A DNA stretch of 64,000 nt from Macrostomum lignano (GCA_002269645.1 NIVC01000130.1:558001-622000), one strand, 5' to 3'. Numbered from the stretch's first letter, positions 22,314 through 35,234 are shown. Notes: generated by a model not told the origin, from the letters alone. A program made the numbers and translations.

Positions 22314-23974
22314 TCAATCTCGCCACAGAATCTCCACCTCATCGGTTCGATACCGTTGAGTACAGCCGGTATCTGACATTGGCGTAGTCAGTCCGCACCT
22401 AAACATTTCAATACCGGCCTGAGCAATCATAGCGCCATTATCGATGCAGAATCGATGATCAGTAGCGTATAATTTAGCGCCTCGCTCATCAGCCATCTGA
22501 CCGACCATCTGTTGCAGTCGGAGGTTGCAGGCCACGCCGCCAACGAGCAGTACCTCCTGGGAGCCGCAGTGAGCCATAGCTCTCTCAGTCATCTCCGTTA
22601 GCATAGCGAATATAGTTTCTTGAAGGCTGTAGCACAAATCTGCCTGACTGAATTCTCCGCTATCAATTAAACTGGGCGCTCGCTCTTCTAAGAAGCTTAA
22701 TAGACCGCTGAACGATACGTCCATGCCTTTGACTGTGTAGGGCAATTTAACAAACTTATCCCCACTGGCTTGCTTAGCCAACTGTTCGATATTGTATCCC
22801 GGACTGGGATCGTTTGATAGGCGAATACAGCGGGCGAATCTGTCTAAACAGTTGCCAACCGCGATGTCGAGAGTTTCACCGAATATTCGATAACGCCGCT
22901 GGCTGTAGGCAATCACCTGCGAGCAGGATGCGATTGTAAAATTGGGCCAGATTGTAAAGAATCCCAAGGTAGACAGTGGGTGGCCGAATCCCAAGGTAAA
23001 CAGTCGGTGACTCTTGGGGAATCCCAAGATACTAACTCGGGACTTTGGGGAATCCCAAGATACTAACTCGAGACTTTGGGGAATCCCAAGGTACTAATTC
23101 GGGGACTTTGGGGGAATCCCAAGGTACTAATTCGGGGACTTTGGGGAATCCCAAGGTGCTAATTCGGGGACTTTGGGGAATCCCAAGGTGCTAAGTCGGT
23201 GACTCCTGGAAAATCCAAAGGTAGACAGCAGTGACTCTGGGGAAATTCAAGGTAGACCTTAGGAGAATCCCAAACAAGACAGTCGGTGATTATTGGGGAA
23301 TTCCAAGATAGGCAGTCAGTGACTCTTAAAAGAATCCCAAGGTAGACAGTCTGACTTTGGGGGAATCCCAAAGGTAGACAGTCGGTGACTCTAGGGGAAT
23401 CCCGGAGGTAGATAGTCACAATTAATTAGTATTGTTGGAGAATTCCATAGAATTGGGTGACCGGGGAGTCCCAAAACCAACTCGTTCCCGATTTCTAGGA
23501 AAACCAATAAAAATAATTCAGTCCCAAAGCCCCTAAAAACAAAAAAGCACCAATCACCTGAGTATTGCCGCCGCTAACATACAGCACCGTAGGATTAACA
23601 GCACCAGTAATGAGTCGGCCCATCTCAATGTGCCCAATACAATGATTGACGCCCAATATTGGCTTCCTCCACAGTTGGGCCACAGTCCTGGCAACCAGAG
23701 CCACGCTAACAAGAGGCGCACCCATGCCGGGGCCCTTTGTATAGCACACTACGTCGATATCTTTTGGCGACAATTTCGCTTCTGCCAAAGCGTCGGCGAG
23801 CACGTCGAGCACGTGCTGCTGATGATGCCTGGCAGTTTCCGACGGTTGAAAGCCTTCGCCAGGCGGAGTTACAAAGGTGACCCGGGGATTGGCCAGCACT
23901 TGACCGTCGTCGCGAACTATGCCTACGCCGAGCTTGTTGGCGCTGCCCTCGAATCCCATGGCAATCAGGACCAT
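22314..23974 (-). CDS. OSGEP: tRNA N6-adenosine threonylcarbamoyltransferase OSGEP/Kae1 (339 aa)
   Basis: Exons 23974-23558 ([36 protein letters not shown]) and 22916-22314 ([39 protein letters not shown]); phase-0 intron. Confidence 0.97.
22960..23480. repeat. ~31-bp degenerate minisatellite, OSGEP intron
   Basis: GACTTTGGGGAATCCCAAG.TACTAA.TCG units (23041, 23072). Confidence 0.88.
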
Positions 23975-24061
23975 GCTGGGGATGGCGACTCAGCGCATGA
24001 AATGTCAGGTTGTGCGCTCGATTTATTAGGGAGCCGAGGCGACTGGATACTCGAGCTGGCG

Positions 24062-24660
24062 AAGCAACTGAGGATCTGGGAGACTGGTCCAGCAACTGAG
24101 GATCTGGGAGGCTGGTCCAGCAACTGAGGATCTGGGAGGCTGGTCCAGCGACTGAGGATCTGGGAGGCTGGTCCAGCGACTGAGGATCTGGGAGGCTGGT
24201 GCAGCGACTGAGGATCTGGGAGGCTGGTTCAGCGACTGAGGATCTGGGAGGCTGGTCCAGCGACTGAGGATCTGGGAGGCTGGTGCAGCGACTGAGGATC
24301 TGGGAGGCTGGTTCAGCGACTGAGGATCAGGAAGGATGGTCCAGCGACTGAGGATCTGGAAGGATGGTCCAGCAACTGAGGATCTGGGAGGCGGGTTCAG
24401 CAACTGAGGATCTGGGAGGCGGGTTCAGCAACTGAGGATCTGGGAGGCGGGTTCAGCAACTGAGGATCTGGGAGGCGGGTTCAGCAACTGAGGATCTGGG
24501 AGGCGGGTTCAGCAACTGAGGATCTGGGAGGCGGGTTCAGCAACTAAGGATTTGGGAGGCTGGTGGCTCAGCAACTGAGGATCTGGGAGGCTGGTGGCTC
24601 AGCAACTAAGGATCTGGGAGGCTGGTGGCTCAGCAACTGAGGATCTGGGAGGCTGGACCA
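24062..24660. repeat. 28-31-bp minisatellite upstream of OSGEP
   Basis: CAGCAACTGAGGATCTGGGAGGCTGGTC units. Confidence 0.93.
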
Positions 24661-26099
24661 GAAAATAGAGAGATCTGGGAGGAGGGTGGCTGAGCGACTG
24701 CGTGTCCTAATGGTAATTAGGTTTTTTGCAAAATTTAATAATTTAATGAAAATCTTACCTAAATCAAGTATAGAATAGCACCAGTATATTATTAAAATAA
24801 AAAAAAATCGCACACTTTTTTAAAACTTCTATAACCGAATATATAAAATATGGTATTTGAATTTTACTCAAAATATAGAATATATTAGCAATATAATCTG
24901 AATCTGAACAATGGACAGCTTGTTTAGAAAACACAACAGAAAACAATAAAAATACAAGTCCATTATTGTATTTTGGACAAGTATTTCTTGAATAAAATTA
25001 TATTAAATTTCACACAAATGTAGCAGTTAATTTCAACTGTTTGAGTAATTGATCACAGCAAACAAATAACAAATTTTGAGAATGTTCCAACAGGATCAAT
25101 TGATCAGTTATCAGAGAGCCAGCTGTGTGCATGTCAAGCATGATTTATTCTAGTTGACAGCTTCAGATATGGCACAGTCAGCCGCCAACATTGGTGCTGC
25201 TGCTGGCATAGACAGCTCTTTCTCAGCCGACATTTTGAACTGTGATTGTGCTCAAACTGAGGCAAAAAACTTTTTTGAAATTGGGGATTTATATTTCCCT
25301 GATAGTTATCGAATGATCGATAATAAGTAGGATAGATTTGGCATGCATGTTTAATTAGTGGATTAGAATCTTGCGGAGCCATAATTAATTCCAATGCATG
25401 CAGTGAAAACAGTGCTTTTATGTAATATTTTTAAAAACTAAGTTAGAATAATATATAATAAAGCAAATAATATAAGGATTGTCAGCAAAAATATAGGACT
25501 GATGCTTTACGAGCTATTCTTTAAAACAAAGAATTTTTATCTATTAATTGTGATCATGAATATTCCTATCTTTCATAGGCACACTCATTGCAAGTGCTTT
25601 AGTCACTTTAAAATGCTTTTTACTTGCCTTAAAAATCCATAATCGCTTTACTCTGTTTTAATATTTTAAGCCTCAATAAATAAGTATATCAGGTAGCCTT
25701 GGGGTATAAACTATAATAGTAAGATGCACAAATGCCAATGAATTAAATGATGTCTTGAGAAATAAAGTCTAAAAGGATGAACTAGATGCATTTGCTATAT
25801 CAAAGCATTAACAGTTTTTAACAAGAGTATTAGTCTTATGTTTTGCCAGACAACTTTTATATTTGAATCATTTAAAAAACATGGTAAAAGGTAATCATGC
25901 ATGCCCAACTTTGAAATTTCACCTGGCCAATGCAATAGTTTTTCTCAAAATTGTGATTCAGTTGCCTTTGGGTGTAACATGGTCTCTGTTTTTGCTTCTT
26001 TCCTTTCATTTTCCTTTGTTTTTCTCCTTTCCTATGTTTCTTTTAATATATCCTATATCAATTTCTCTTTTCTTTTCTTATCTAAATTGGCCAGGTTGG

Positions 26100-28750
26100 C
26101 TAGGTATTGGGCATGTATGAAAGTACTAATTATATAATAGTTTTATATAATTATTATGGGTCTGAAAAACTATTGGAAGTTGCCATTGGGTTATTTTCTA
26201 GTAAATGGTATGGATGGTGAATTTTTGTCTAGTGTTGTAAAAGAATCAATTCAGAGGCTTTATCAGGTTGGCGTTGTTGCCACATTGCTCACATGCGATG
26301 GAATGCAGCACATAATTCGAGCTATTGAACTTCTTGGGGCTAAAATTAGTTCTCCAACTCAATTGTCATAACGCTTCCTCATCCTTTGACCCAAGCATTC
26401 AGGTTTCTGCCTTTCTTGATCCACCTCATATGTTGAAGCTGATTCGCAATCAGTGGCAATCAATGGGTACGATAGTTTGGCCGAATAGGGGGAATATTGA
26501 TTGGAAATGTTTCACTATTACAACAAGTTCAGGAGAGTCACAGACTCAAACTGGGAAATAAACTAAGCAGGCATTATATCAACTTTGCCAATTTAAAGAT
26601 GAAGGTCTATTTGACATCCCAGCTTTTTAGTAAGTCAGTTGATGACTCCTTGTGGAGGGTACAACAGCAAGCTTTGGCTGGATTCGAGCACAATGATGTA
26701 CTTGTAATAGCAGATTTTTTTGAGCACATAAATTACTTGTTTGATGTTTTAACTCCAAGCAACTAGTAAATTATGGGGCCAAAATGGCTTTAAGTGCTGA
26801 CAACCAGTCAGACTTTATTGACTTCTTTACTGACTCAATTAAGCTTTTTAGAAGTCTTGAAAATCTGTCAAGATGCAAACTTGTTGAAACTGCAAAGAAA
26901 ACAGGCTTTCTTGGCTTTATGGTGAATTGTGAGGCTGTTACGAGTATGGCCCTTGCCAAGTATTTGTTTTCAAGTTGTGGTTTTTTCTTTCTTTGCATTT
27001 ACAAGTTGTTGCAGGATTTTCTTGAGTTATTTTTAATGCCATCAGACTTTGAAATGGCTAGAATCGCAATCTGACTCTGAGACAATTTTGCTCAGCCTTT
27101 AGACAGTTACTAGTGCACACTGGAGGTGGAATTCTCTAATTGACTAGTCCCAATGTTAAGCAACAAGATGCCACTATTGAAATGAGCACTAGTTTAATGT
27201 TAGGTGAACCACTTTTGTCAGCCGTTTCCTGTGCCCTTTTGAACTGTTGATTGCCGCTGGTTGCAGCTCTCCCTCTTCCTCTTCTCTCTCCTTTTCCTTT
27301 TTCCTGTTTTTTCTTTGGCTGCCTGCATTTCATCCCTTGTCCCCCTTTTTCTGGTTCCTCTGCCTTTCCAGTGTCTAAGCTTCTCCACTCAGCTTGCTCT
27401 TGGTTCATTGTCTGTCTGGCCTCTCTCCCCCTTTCTTATGTGGCTGCATTTGTTTAGTTCGAGTTTAGCGTTCAGGTTGTACTCTCTTTCTGGCTTATAC
27501 GGTAGCAGATCACGTGCCCCAGGCGCTCTGTGCTTTTCTTGTGCCGCCTTGTGCAATCACGGGCATCAGTCTCTAAATTAGGAACAGTGTCTTTGCCTCC
27601 CCGGCTAGGCTCTGCACTTGTTTCTAAAAATAGAACTGAATCACGCCAGGTTGGGGGTGCAGTAAGTGGTCTTGCGTACTCTGATGCAATGGGGGCTTGC
27701 ATTGTATGGTGAAATCGATCCACTATCCTATAAGTATGGGCCTCTTGTGCCTCCATTTGGCAACCTCTCTCTTGATTGCCCTTTGTTTTATAAGTCTGGG
27801 CTAAGCATTGTCCTAACTTATAAGACTTGCGCATCTCACGCTAGTCTTTGCAAACACTATTCTAACTTTGAATCCATCTTTAACTGTGAGCTTGTGCAGA
27901 TAATCTCAACTAAGATAACAAGAAACTAGCACAGTCCCCAATCCCCATACTTGAGCCTAGCAGGACTGCTGATGAGGTGTGCATCATTGCAAACTGTCAA
28001 ATCTACACAGCGTGCTGAGTTCTTAAGTCTTGTTTATTTTGCTTAGCATAGAGTCTCCCACATTGAAGGACAATATCCAAGCAAGCTGGTGATAGCATCT
28101 ACCAATGCTACTAAGAGCAACTAGGAGGCTTCCTAGGAGAGTCAACCAACAACCTAAGTGACTGATTGGGAAAAAGCAATAGCAAACAACAGTCTATACT
28201 TCACTAATAGCAGCGGTGGGATTTTAAGATCTGCCAGGCCATCTTTAGACAGCATCAAAAAAGGTAAAAATACTTCACTATTTATTTGTCATTATCCTGT
28301 CTACCTTTGGCACTATCAACAAAGGCAGGAAAAACTCAATGGAAGCAGATAAATGCTCAGAACAGCTTGGGTTTAAGACTTAATTCCATTCAACATTGTG
28401 TAAATATATCAAAATGCAAAGTATGCCAGTCAATTATATATTACATTGCAGGCGCAGTGGTTCTTAGTATGCTTAAATTAATTGAATGCAATCCATGCAG
28501 ATCAGCACTCATTTCCAGCACTAAAATCTAAACAGCTTCATGGTTGCCCTGCTCTTTTATCATCATGAAAAATGTGCTAAATAGAGAAGGGACTAGGGGG
28601 CTGATTTTTCCAAGCAGCAATGTCTTGCAAGTTTAGCTTCATGCCAAAACAATCATTCAACATTTAAACTATAATAGTGGATTTTCTAGAAATGTGGCTA
28701 TCTAGGAGACATTACACATGCATATATGCGCAAACTCCAAAATTTGGTCA
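26100..28750 (+). pseudogene. Decayed P-element/THAP9-like transposase, interrupted at ~27240-28400
   Basis: Collinear fragments in shifting frames: WKLPLGYFL...LTCDG, AFLDPPHMLKLIRN, LKLGNKL...KMKVYLTSQLFSKSV, INYLFDVL, GFLGFMVN...YKLLQDFLELF, YYIAGAVV...CNPC, GLIFPS. Many stops. Probably extends 5' to ~24900. Confidence 0.8.
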
Positions 28751-28796
28751 GCCATGGGACTTAGTTTTAAAAATGCAATGTAGTTTTAGACCAAAA

Positions 28797-28985
28797 ATGC
28801 AACTTACATGTAAAAGAACCCTAAAGAAAAATTAATTCAACTTTGGATAAATGGCAGAAATAACTATGACTGTCTTATTAAACCAAAATGCCTCATCAGC
28901 TACTTAGTACTATTACTTTGGTGTTTTTTGGATGGGCATTTTTGGGACTTCCTTGGTTGGCCGCCAAATTGGTTAGCCAGATTGG
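28797..28985 (+). repeat. Dispersed ~190-bp repeat copy A containing a 28S rRNA-like 60-mer (28848-28908)
   Basis: Ungapped ~46/60 match to the remembered conserved 28S segment AAACGGCGGGAGTAACTATGAC...TCGTCATCTAATTAGT; flanks shared with copy B. Confidence 0.65.
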
Positions 28986-29582
28986 CCAACTCAGCCGATT
29001 ATTGTGCATGTATGTGCGCATGTCAGTTGATGCATTTCCTAAACTTGACTTATATTCCATGGTTGCTAGCATTGGCATTGAATCCCACAAGTTTCATTTG
29101 ATTCGCATTATGGTGCTGCTCTATATGTAGATTTGAATGAAAAAGGTAGCAACAGACTTTTTATGTCCCAGAAGAAAATCAAGAAAGAGACAAAAGCTTT
29201 TATGAATGGTGGTATTTCTTAATCTATAGTTTAGCCTATTCTAATAGATACCTAGTAAGTTGAACTCATTATTTTGATTCTGCAAGTTTTTATACAGGCA
29301 AGCTTTAAATTAAAATAAGCATTTAGAAAAAACAACTCATTTTTAGTATATGTAGTATTTAGTATATTTAGAAAAAATCTCTAGTAAAATATTTATAAAT
29401 GAGTCTAAAAATCTATGATAATATTTTTTTGTTTTTGTTACGCCCTATAGGAACCAAAAAGCAAATGAGCAAGAGTGGTTTAGGAAGGGAACTTCTTTCT
29501 TTACCTAACTATTGACCACGAAAGGGGGGTTGGCTAGGTATGATTTTTATAACTGGGAAAGAGTTATAAATCTACTTAGGCC

Positions 29583-30177
29583 CCATAGTCAAGATGATGT
29601 ACATTACACTGGAAATTTCCGGCGTACAATTGAAAATTTTACTTTTTTTGGCATACAATTGGCGTAAAAAAATGAGGCAAAATATATTTGGCATACCTTT
29701 TGGCATGACGCCATGGCGTAAATATGCCAAACAGCGTACGCCAACTCCAACCTTCATGCCAAAGTTAATATTAACAATTGTTGGCATAACACCATAACCT
29801 CAGAATCTTATTATAAAATCATAAAAACTGTAAAACTTGTAAGATTAAAGTTCATAATTATATAACTATTTGTGATTTATAAAAATTTAAAATTCCACGC
29901 AATCTAATCATGTTAATTTTCTAAAAAAACTTAAACAAAAAATTGATTTTTGTTGGCATTATCTGTAAGCCAATTTACTTTAAATGATAACCACACATTT
30001 GTTAAATTTTATTGTTAAAAATGTGTAAGATGCAAAAAAGGTCATTTATTGTCACAAAGCCTAGAAAACCTGGCGTAAGTTCCTAGGACCTTGGCGTATG
30101 TTTCAGTATGAAGTGGCGTAGATTTTTTTAGGGGACTTTTTATTCCAGCGTATACCATGACATGATCCTGACTATGG
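29583..30177. mobile_element. 595-bp non-autonomous DNA transposon (MITE), hAT- or P-type
   Basis: Imperfect TIR CCATAGTCA(A/G)GAT(G/C)ATGT, perfect 8-bp TSD CTTAGGCC (29575-29582, 30178-30185), about ten subterminal TGGC(G/A)TA motifs. Confidence 0.85.
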
Positions 30178-31049
30178 CTTAGGCCTAGACATTAAAAATA
30201 TAATAAATTATAATTAGGCCCTGGCGGCCTGGCCTAAGTCTATATAGTATAGGCAATAGAACTAAACTAAATATAAACATCAAACATCAAATAAAAATGT
30301 CTAAAACTTAGTAATCTATGACTCTATAGATTATAGAGTCATATAGTCTAGGCCCTATAGTCTAGATTACTAGATATAGCTAATGCTAAATGCTAAGTTG
30401 TAGGCCTAGGCCTATCACCTACTATCAGGCCTTTGTTATCTACTAGGATTGATAATATTAACTGAATGATAGGCCTGCCTAGATTGTCACATTAAACAAT
30501 GAATAATATAATAATTAATAATTAATAAATGAATACACAAGTGTCAAAAAAGTTATTTCTCAATAATAATTTATAGTTTATACATCTAGTCATAAAGAAC
30601 AAAGGCCTAATTGATAGGCAATGCAAAATGTTTGTTACTAACTAAACTAAGCTGTAATACCAAACAAAACACTAATATGTCTAATAGGACTATTGTTAAA
30701 TAGACTTTTTTGTGGAGCATGGCTTAATTGATCTATTGCTTAATTTAACAACCAAAAGGCAAAAGCTTTAGGCCTAGCTTAAAAAGAAAGGGCTTTTAGC
30801 TCTGCCCTTGCTTTTTCAATCTAGGTCCAGTTACATTTTTATGTAACATTGGGATAAGTGTCAATGCCCTACAATCAGCCGGCCAGTGCTTTTTAAATAG
30901 GTTGTAAGAAACTGACTAAATAGCTACAGCACAGTAACTACTACACCACTTTTTATACTACACCCCTTTTTTGGTCCATATTATTTTTTCATATAACCAA
31001 TTCCAGAACCAGAATCGGTTCGGAATTCCAAGAAAAACAGCAGTATAAC

Positions 31050-31288
31050 TGTTAGAATGAACAAATCGGTAGCCGATAGATTGCGAGGCGAGAAAACGAA
31101 CGTGCCGAGCGCACTGTCTAACAACGATACAATTTATTGTAAGCGAGCAACAATATCAGCCACCCCAACCCCAGAGCTAAAACACCCACAGCGTACATTG
31201 AAGTTACACATGCACGCACGGAGTTAAAATGACAAACGCAACAGCATGGAATAAAAACAACCCCAACCCTCAAGCACGAGACCCAACA
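31050..31288 (-). repeat. 3' LTR
   Basis: Direct repeat of 35235-35473 with 4 substitutions; preceded on the minus strand by a G8 polypurine tract (~31289-31301). Confidence 0.96.
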
Positions 31289-31368
31289 CTGCCCCCCCCG
31301 CAAAAAGCAAACAGAGACACCAACAACAAGAACAAAATAAAGGAGTCAAGTACAATCACAAAGAGTCA

Positions 31369-34300
31369 CTAGTCTTTATAGCAGACAGGCTGGCGAGGCC
31401 GAAGCTCGTATGGCACCCACCGGCCGCTGGTCACAGGCGCCGCGATTGGCTCCGGATCAGGAAGTTGCTCGACCCTGGCGCCAGGGAGCTGCTCAGGCAA
31501 CTCAGCCTCAGGTTCGGCCCCCTCAGGCGACCCAGGCGCACTCGGCCGGCCAGTCCACTGATTCGAGTGCGCCAGCCGCAGGCCGCCGTCCGATTGGTCC
31601 GCAGGGGCTACCAGCGCCGTGTTCTGGCCATGCTGCACCACGAACTTGGCCGGAACCGGCGAGGATCCCGGACGCATCCTCAGCCAGATTGGGTCGCCCA
31701 CCTGCTCAGTCATGGTTAGCGGGTGGCGAAGGCGACGACCCCACATCAGAATGTCCGGAGATGCCGCTCGATTTCCACTGGGCCGGCTGGTCCTGATCGT
31801 CAGCAGCAGTTTCTGCAGGAAGTGGTCGAACGGCACCATTTTCGTCCACGCCTTGAGTCCATCCTTGATAATCCTCACCAGCCTTTCTGCCTGACCGTTC
31901 GAAGCCGGATGGTACGGCGGAGTGTGCAGCTCCTAGCAACCGATGCTGCGCAGCCACTGAGACACTTTCTCTGACTTGAACTCCGGCGCATTGTCCGACA
32001 CTAGCGTCCGAGGCACACCGTTCCTGGCGAACACCGCTCTCAGAACCCGCAGGACACTGTCCGCAGTTCGGTCTGGCACCTGGATCGCCTCAGGCCACCC
32101 GGAGTAGGAGTCCGACAGCAGCAGTAGCAGGCCGACTCCAGAAATCTCACAATGGTCCATGTGAACCCGGGACCACGGCTCACTCTCGGCTGGCCAGGTG
32201 TCGATTCTTCGCTGCAGGACTGGCAGCGCTCCACAAAGCTGCGAACATCACGATCGAGACCTGGCCACCAGAACTCCTTGGAGATGTGCGCCTTGGTGTT
32301 GTCGGCGCTCGGATGCACCTCGTCGTGCGCCACCTCCAGGATGCGCCTGCGGAGAACAGGTGGGGGCACAATTCTGGTTCCGTGGATCACCAGACCGTCT
32401 TCCACCGACAGCGCCTCCCGGCACGCTTTGTACGGCCTCTCCACCTGCGACACCTGGCCCCACCGGCCTGTTCTGATCCTCTGCTGCAGCCGCTTCATCA
32501 ACGCACACATTCTGGTTCCCTCACGAAGATCCTGCAGAGTCACCAGAGCTCCTTCTGACACGACCTCTTCATGCTCCAGCTGGTGCACGGCGTCACTTGG
32601 AGGGTCTTGGGCAGCAAAACTCAGGCGAGACAAGGCATCTGCATCAACCATCAGTCTACCAGGCACATACTCCACCTCGTAGTCAAAAGCAGATAGCCGC
32701 AGGGCCCAGCGGGTTAGTCTTGCCGACACTGTTTTAGGGAGATTTTTGCTGGGATTGAAGATGTACTTCAGTGGCTCGTGGTCAGTCTGCAGCGTGACCT
32801 CTTCCCCAGAAGCATCTTGCGAGCTCGCTCCACCGCCCAGACAATGGCCAGCGCCTCCCTCTCAATGTTGGAGTAGTTGGCCTCAGACTTGGTCAGCGCC
32901 CGAGAGAGGTACATGACTGGGTGCCCTGACTGCACCAACACAGCGCCCAGAGACTGCTCGCTAGCATCTACTCGCAGACACACCGGCGAGTTGACGTCAA
33001 ACGGTTTCACACACGGATTCGAGCTCAGGCTCTGCTTCACGTTGGTGAACGCCGCCTCGGCAGCCGCACTCCATGAGTCAAACACACGGTCCGCTCGACG
33101 AAGTTCCTGCAGAGGCCGACACTTCTCAGCAAAGTTGGGAACCAACCGACCATAGAACTGCGCAAGTCCCAGAAACCGCTCGAGATCCTTCTTGCTTTTC
33201 GGAGCCTCCACATCCTGGATCTTCTGCACCATTCCCGGATCCGGCTTAATCCCCTCTTCATCGATGATGTGGCCCAGGAACTTCAGGCTACTGGCCTCCA
33301 TAATGCACTTCGCTTCGTTGATTTTCACATTAGCCGCCCTCAGCTTGTCCAGCACCTTCTCTCTGATATTCTGCAGCTCCGCCTTTGACACAGCTCCCAT
33401 GAGCACGTCGTCCTGGTACACGATGACACTTGGGTGCTCACCCAGCAGCTTCTCCATCTCGCGCTGAAACACAGACGGAGAAACCTTGATGCCGTACGGC
33501 AGCCTGTTAAAGCGGTAGCAGCCGAAAGGGGTGTTGATCGTGGTGATGTCCTTCGACTGTTCCTCCAGCGGAACCTGGTAGTAGGCGTCAGACAAATCCA
33601 GTCGACAGAACAACTTCTTGTTTGCCATCTTTGAGAAGGCTGTCTCGATGGACGGAGTCAAGTACGTCTGATCCTGTACCCACTGATTGACGGCAGTGTA
33701 GTCTCCGCAGATCCTCACAGACATCTTGTCGGACTTCACCGTTACCACTATGGGGCTGCCCCACTCTGAGGACGTCACCTTCTCAACTATGCCCGCCTTC
33801 TCCATCAGGTCCAGCTCCTTCTTCACCAGTGGACGCAACGCCAACGGCAGCTCTCTGGCTGGTTGGAAAATCGGCCTGGCTCCCGCCTTCAACAGGATTT
33901 CGCCAACTGCTCCCTTGATGCCCAACAAACTCTCGTACCTGTTGTTGCTGGGCGGCTTGGCCTCATCCGAGTGGTGAGCAGGCAGCGAGCTGAGCAGATC
34001 CCGGCCGAGCAGCCCGAACTTCTGCTCGCATTCGATGACAGGCAGCTCCGCCGCAGCGAAGCGGCCATCGGGGCCGCCAGTCTCCTCCATGCACTCCAGG
34101 ATGCCAAGCTGCTTCATCACGTGCCCGTCGTACGCCAGCATCCGAGACTTGACTGACTTCAGTGGCGGCCTGCCGAGTTCCTCCCAGATCTTTCTCGAGA
34201 TCAGTGAGCACGAGGCGCCGCTGTCCTTTTCCATCTTGACCTGCCTTCTGTTGATTTTCACATCGCAGAATGCAGCAGGGGTGCCCGCACCGCAGTAGAA

Positions 34301-35207
34301 AACCGGCTCGTCTCTGGTCACGGCTGCGTCAGAGTGCTTGGATTCGTTGGGCGCGGCAAAGTGGGTCCTGGCACTCCGGCAGACCTTCGCGAAGTGGCCG
34401 GTCTTCCCGCACTGGTAACAGATGACCTTTGAAGCCCGGCAGTCTGTCGGTCTGCGATGTCGCGCTTGGCCGCAGCGCTGGCAGGTCTGGCCTTCACCAG
34501 CCCTGAGCTTCACCATCTCAGCCGCATTGACGCTGTTGGCAAGGTCTCCTTCTGGCACCTCCTGGCTAGCGGGCAGCGCCTGATGCACCACAGAGTCCAC
34601 TTCAGCTTGGCCGGAGGCAGTCAGTGGCCCAGATGAAAATTTGCTCACCATCTGAAGTTGCTGCACGTACTCAGTGATCTGGCTAACGGAGAGCTCTGTC
34701 GAGACCTCGCGCTCGAGGACTTTGCTCCGGACCTCCTGGTTGCCGAGGCCGGCGATGAGACGCATTTTGATCAGCTGCTCTGCTGGATCAACATTCTCGC
34801 CCATCAGCTTCTCGAATTCGCAGACCACCGCCTGCTCTCGAAGTCGGGCAGCGAAGCCGGCAACTGTCTCGCCGTCTCCTTGGCGCATGGACATGAAAGC
34901 CGCTCTCTCGGCAATCAATCAGCAGCCTCTTCTTGGGCTCCAGAAACCGCACGAGGCACTCCTTGATTTCCGCCCACTTCATCTGCGAGAGCGGTTTGGG
35001 CGCGACCAGCTGCTTCACTTTGATGAGCTGTGCCACGCCAAGGCAGCCAAGGAAGGCATCGGTCAACGCCAGATTGCTGGCTGTGTCATCAGTGCGATCG
35101 GTGTCCTTCACTCCTTTTGACCTCGCCTGGGCGTCAAAGACTTCGATCCATGCCCGCAACTCTTCAATGCTGTTTAGGGGCAACGGGTCCCGTAGCTTTA
35201 TGGACAT
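31369..35207 (-). pseudogene. Gypsy gag-pol pseudogene (CCHC gag, protease DSG, RT YQDD, RNase H, H2C2 and rve integrase)
   Basis: ATG at 35207; CYQCGKTGHFAKVC, KDSGASCS, LDLSDAYYQ, YQDD, VDAS, YSNIEREALA, SDNAPEF, PPYHPASNGQAERLV. Lesions: 4-bp duplication 34912-34919, 1-nt loss ~32797, frameshift ~32205, TAG at 31933-31935. Confidence 0.93.
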
Positions 35208-35213
35208 GCGATG

Positions 35214-35231
35214 ATCCTGCTCGCGACGCCA
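35214..35231 (-). promoter_or_regulatory. Primer-binding site (tRNA-Ser-like 3' end)
   Basis: TGGCGTCGCGAGCAGGAT 3 nt after the 5' LTR, complementary to ...ATCCTGCTCGCGACG-CCA; tRNA identity is from memory. Confidence 0.75.
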
Positions 35232-35234
35232 AAA

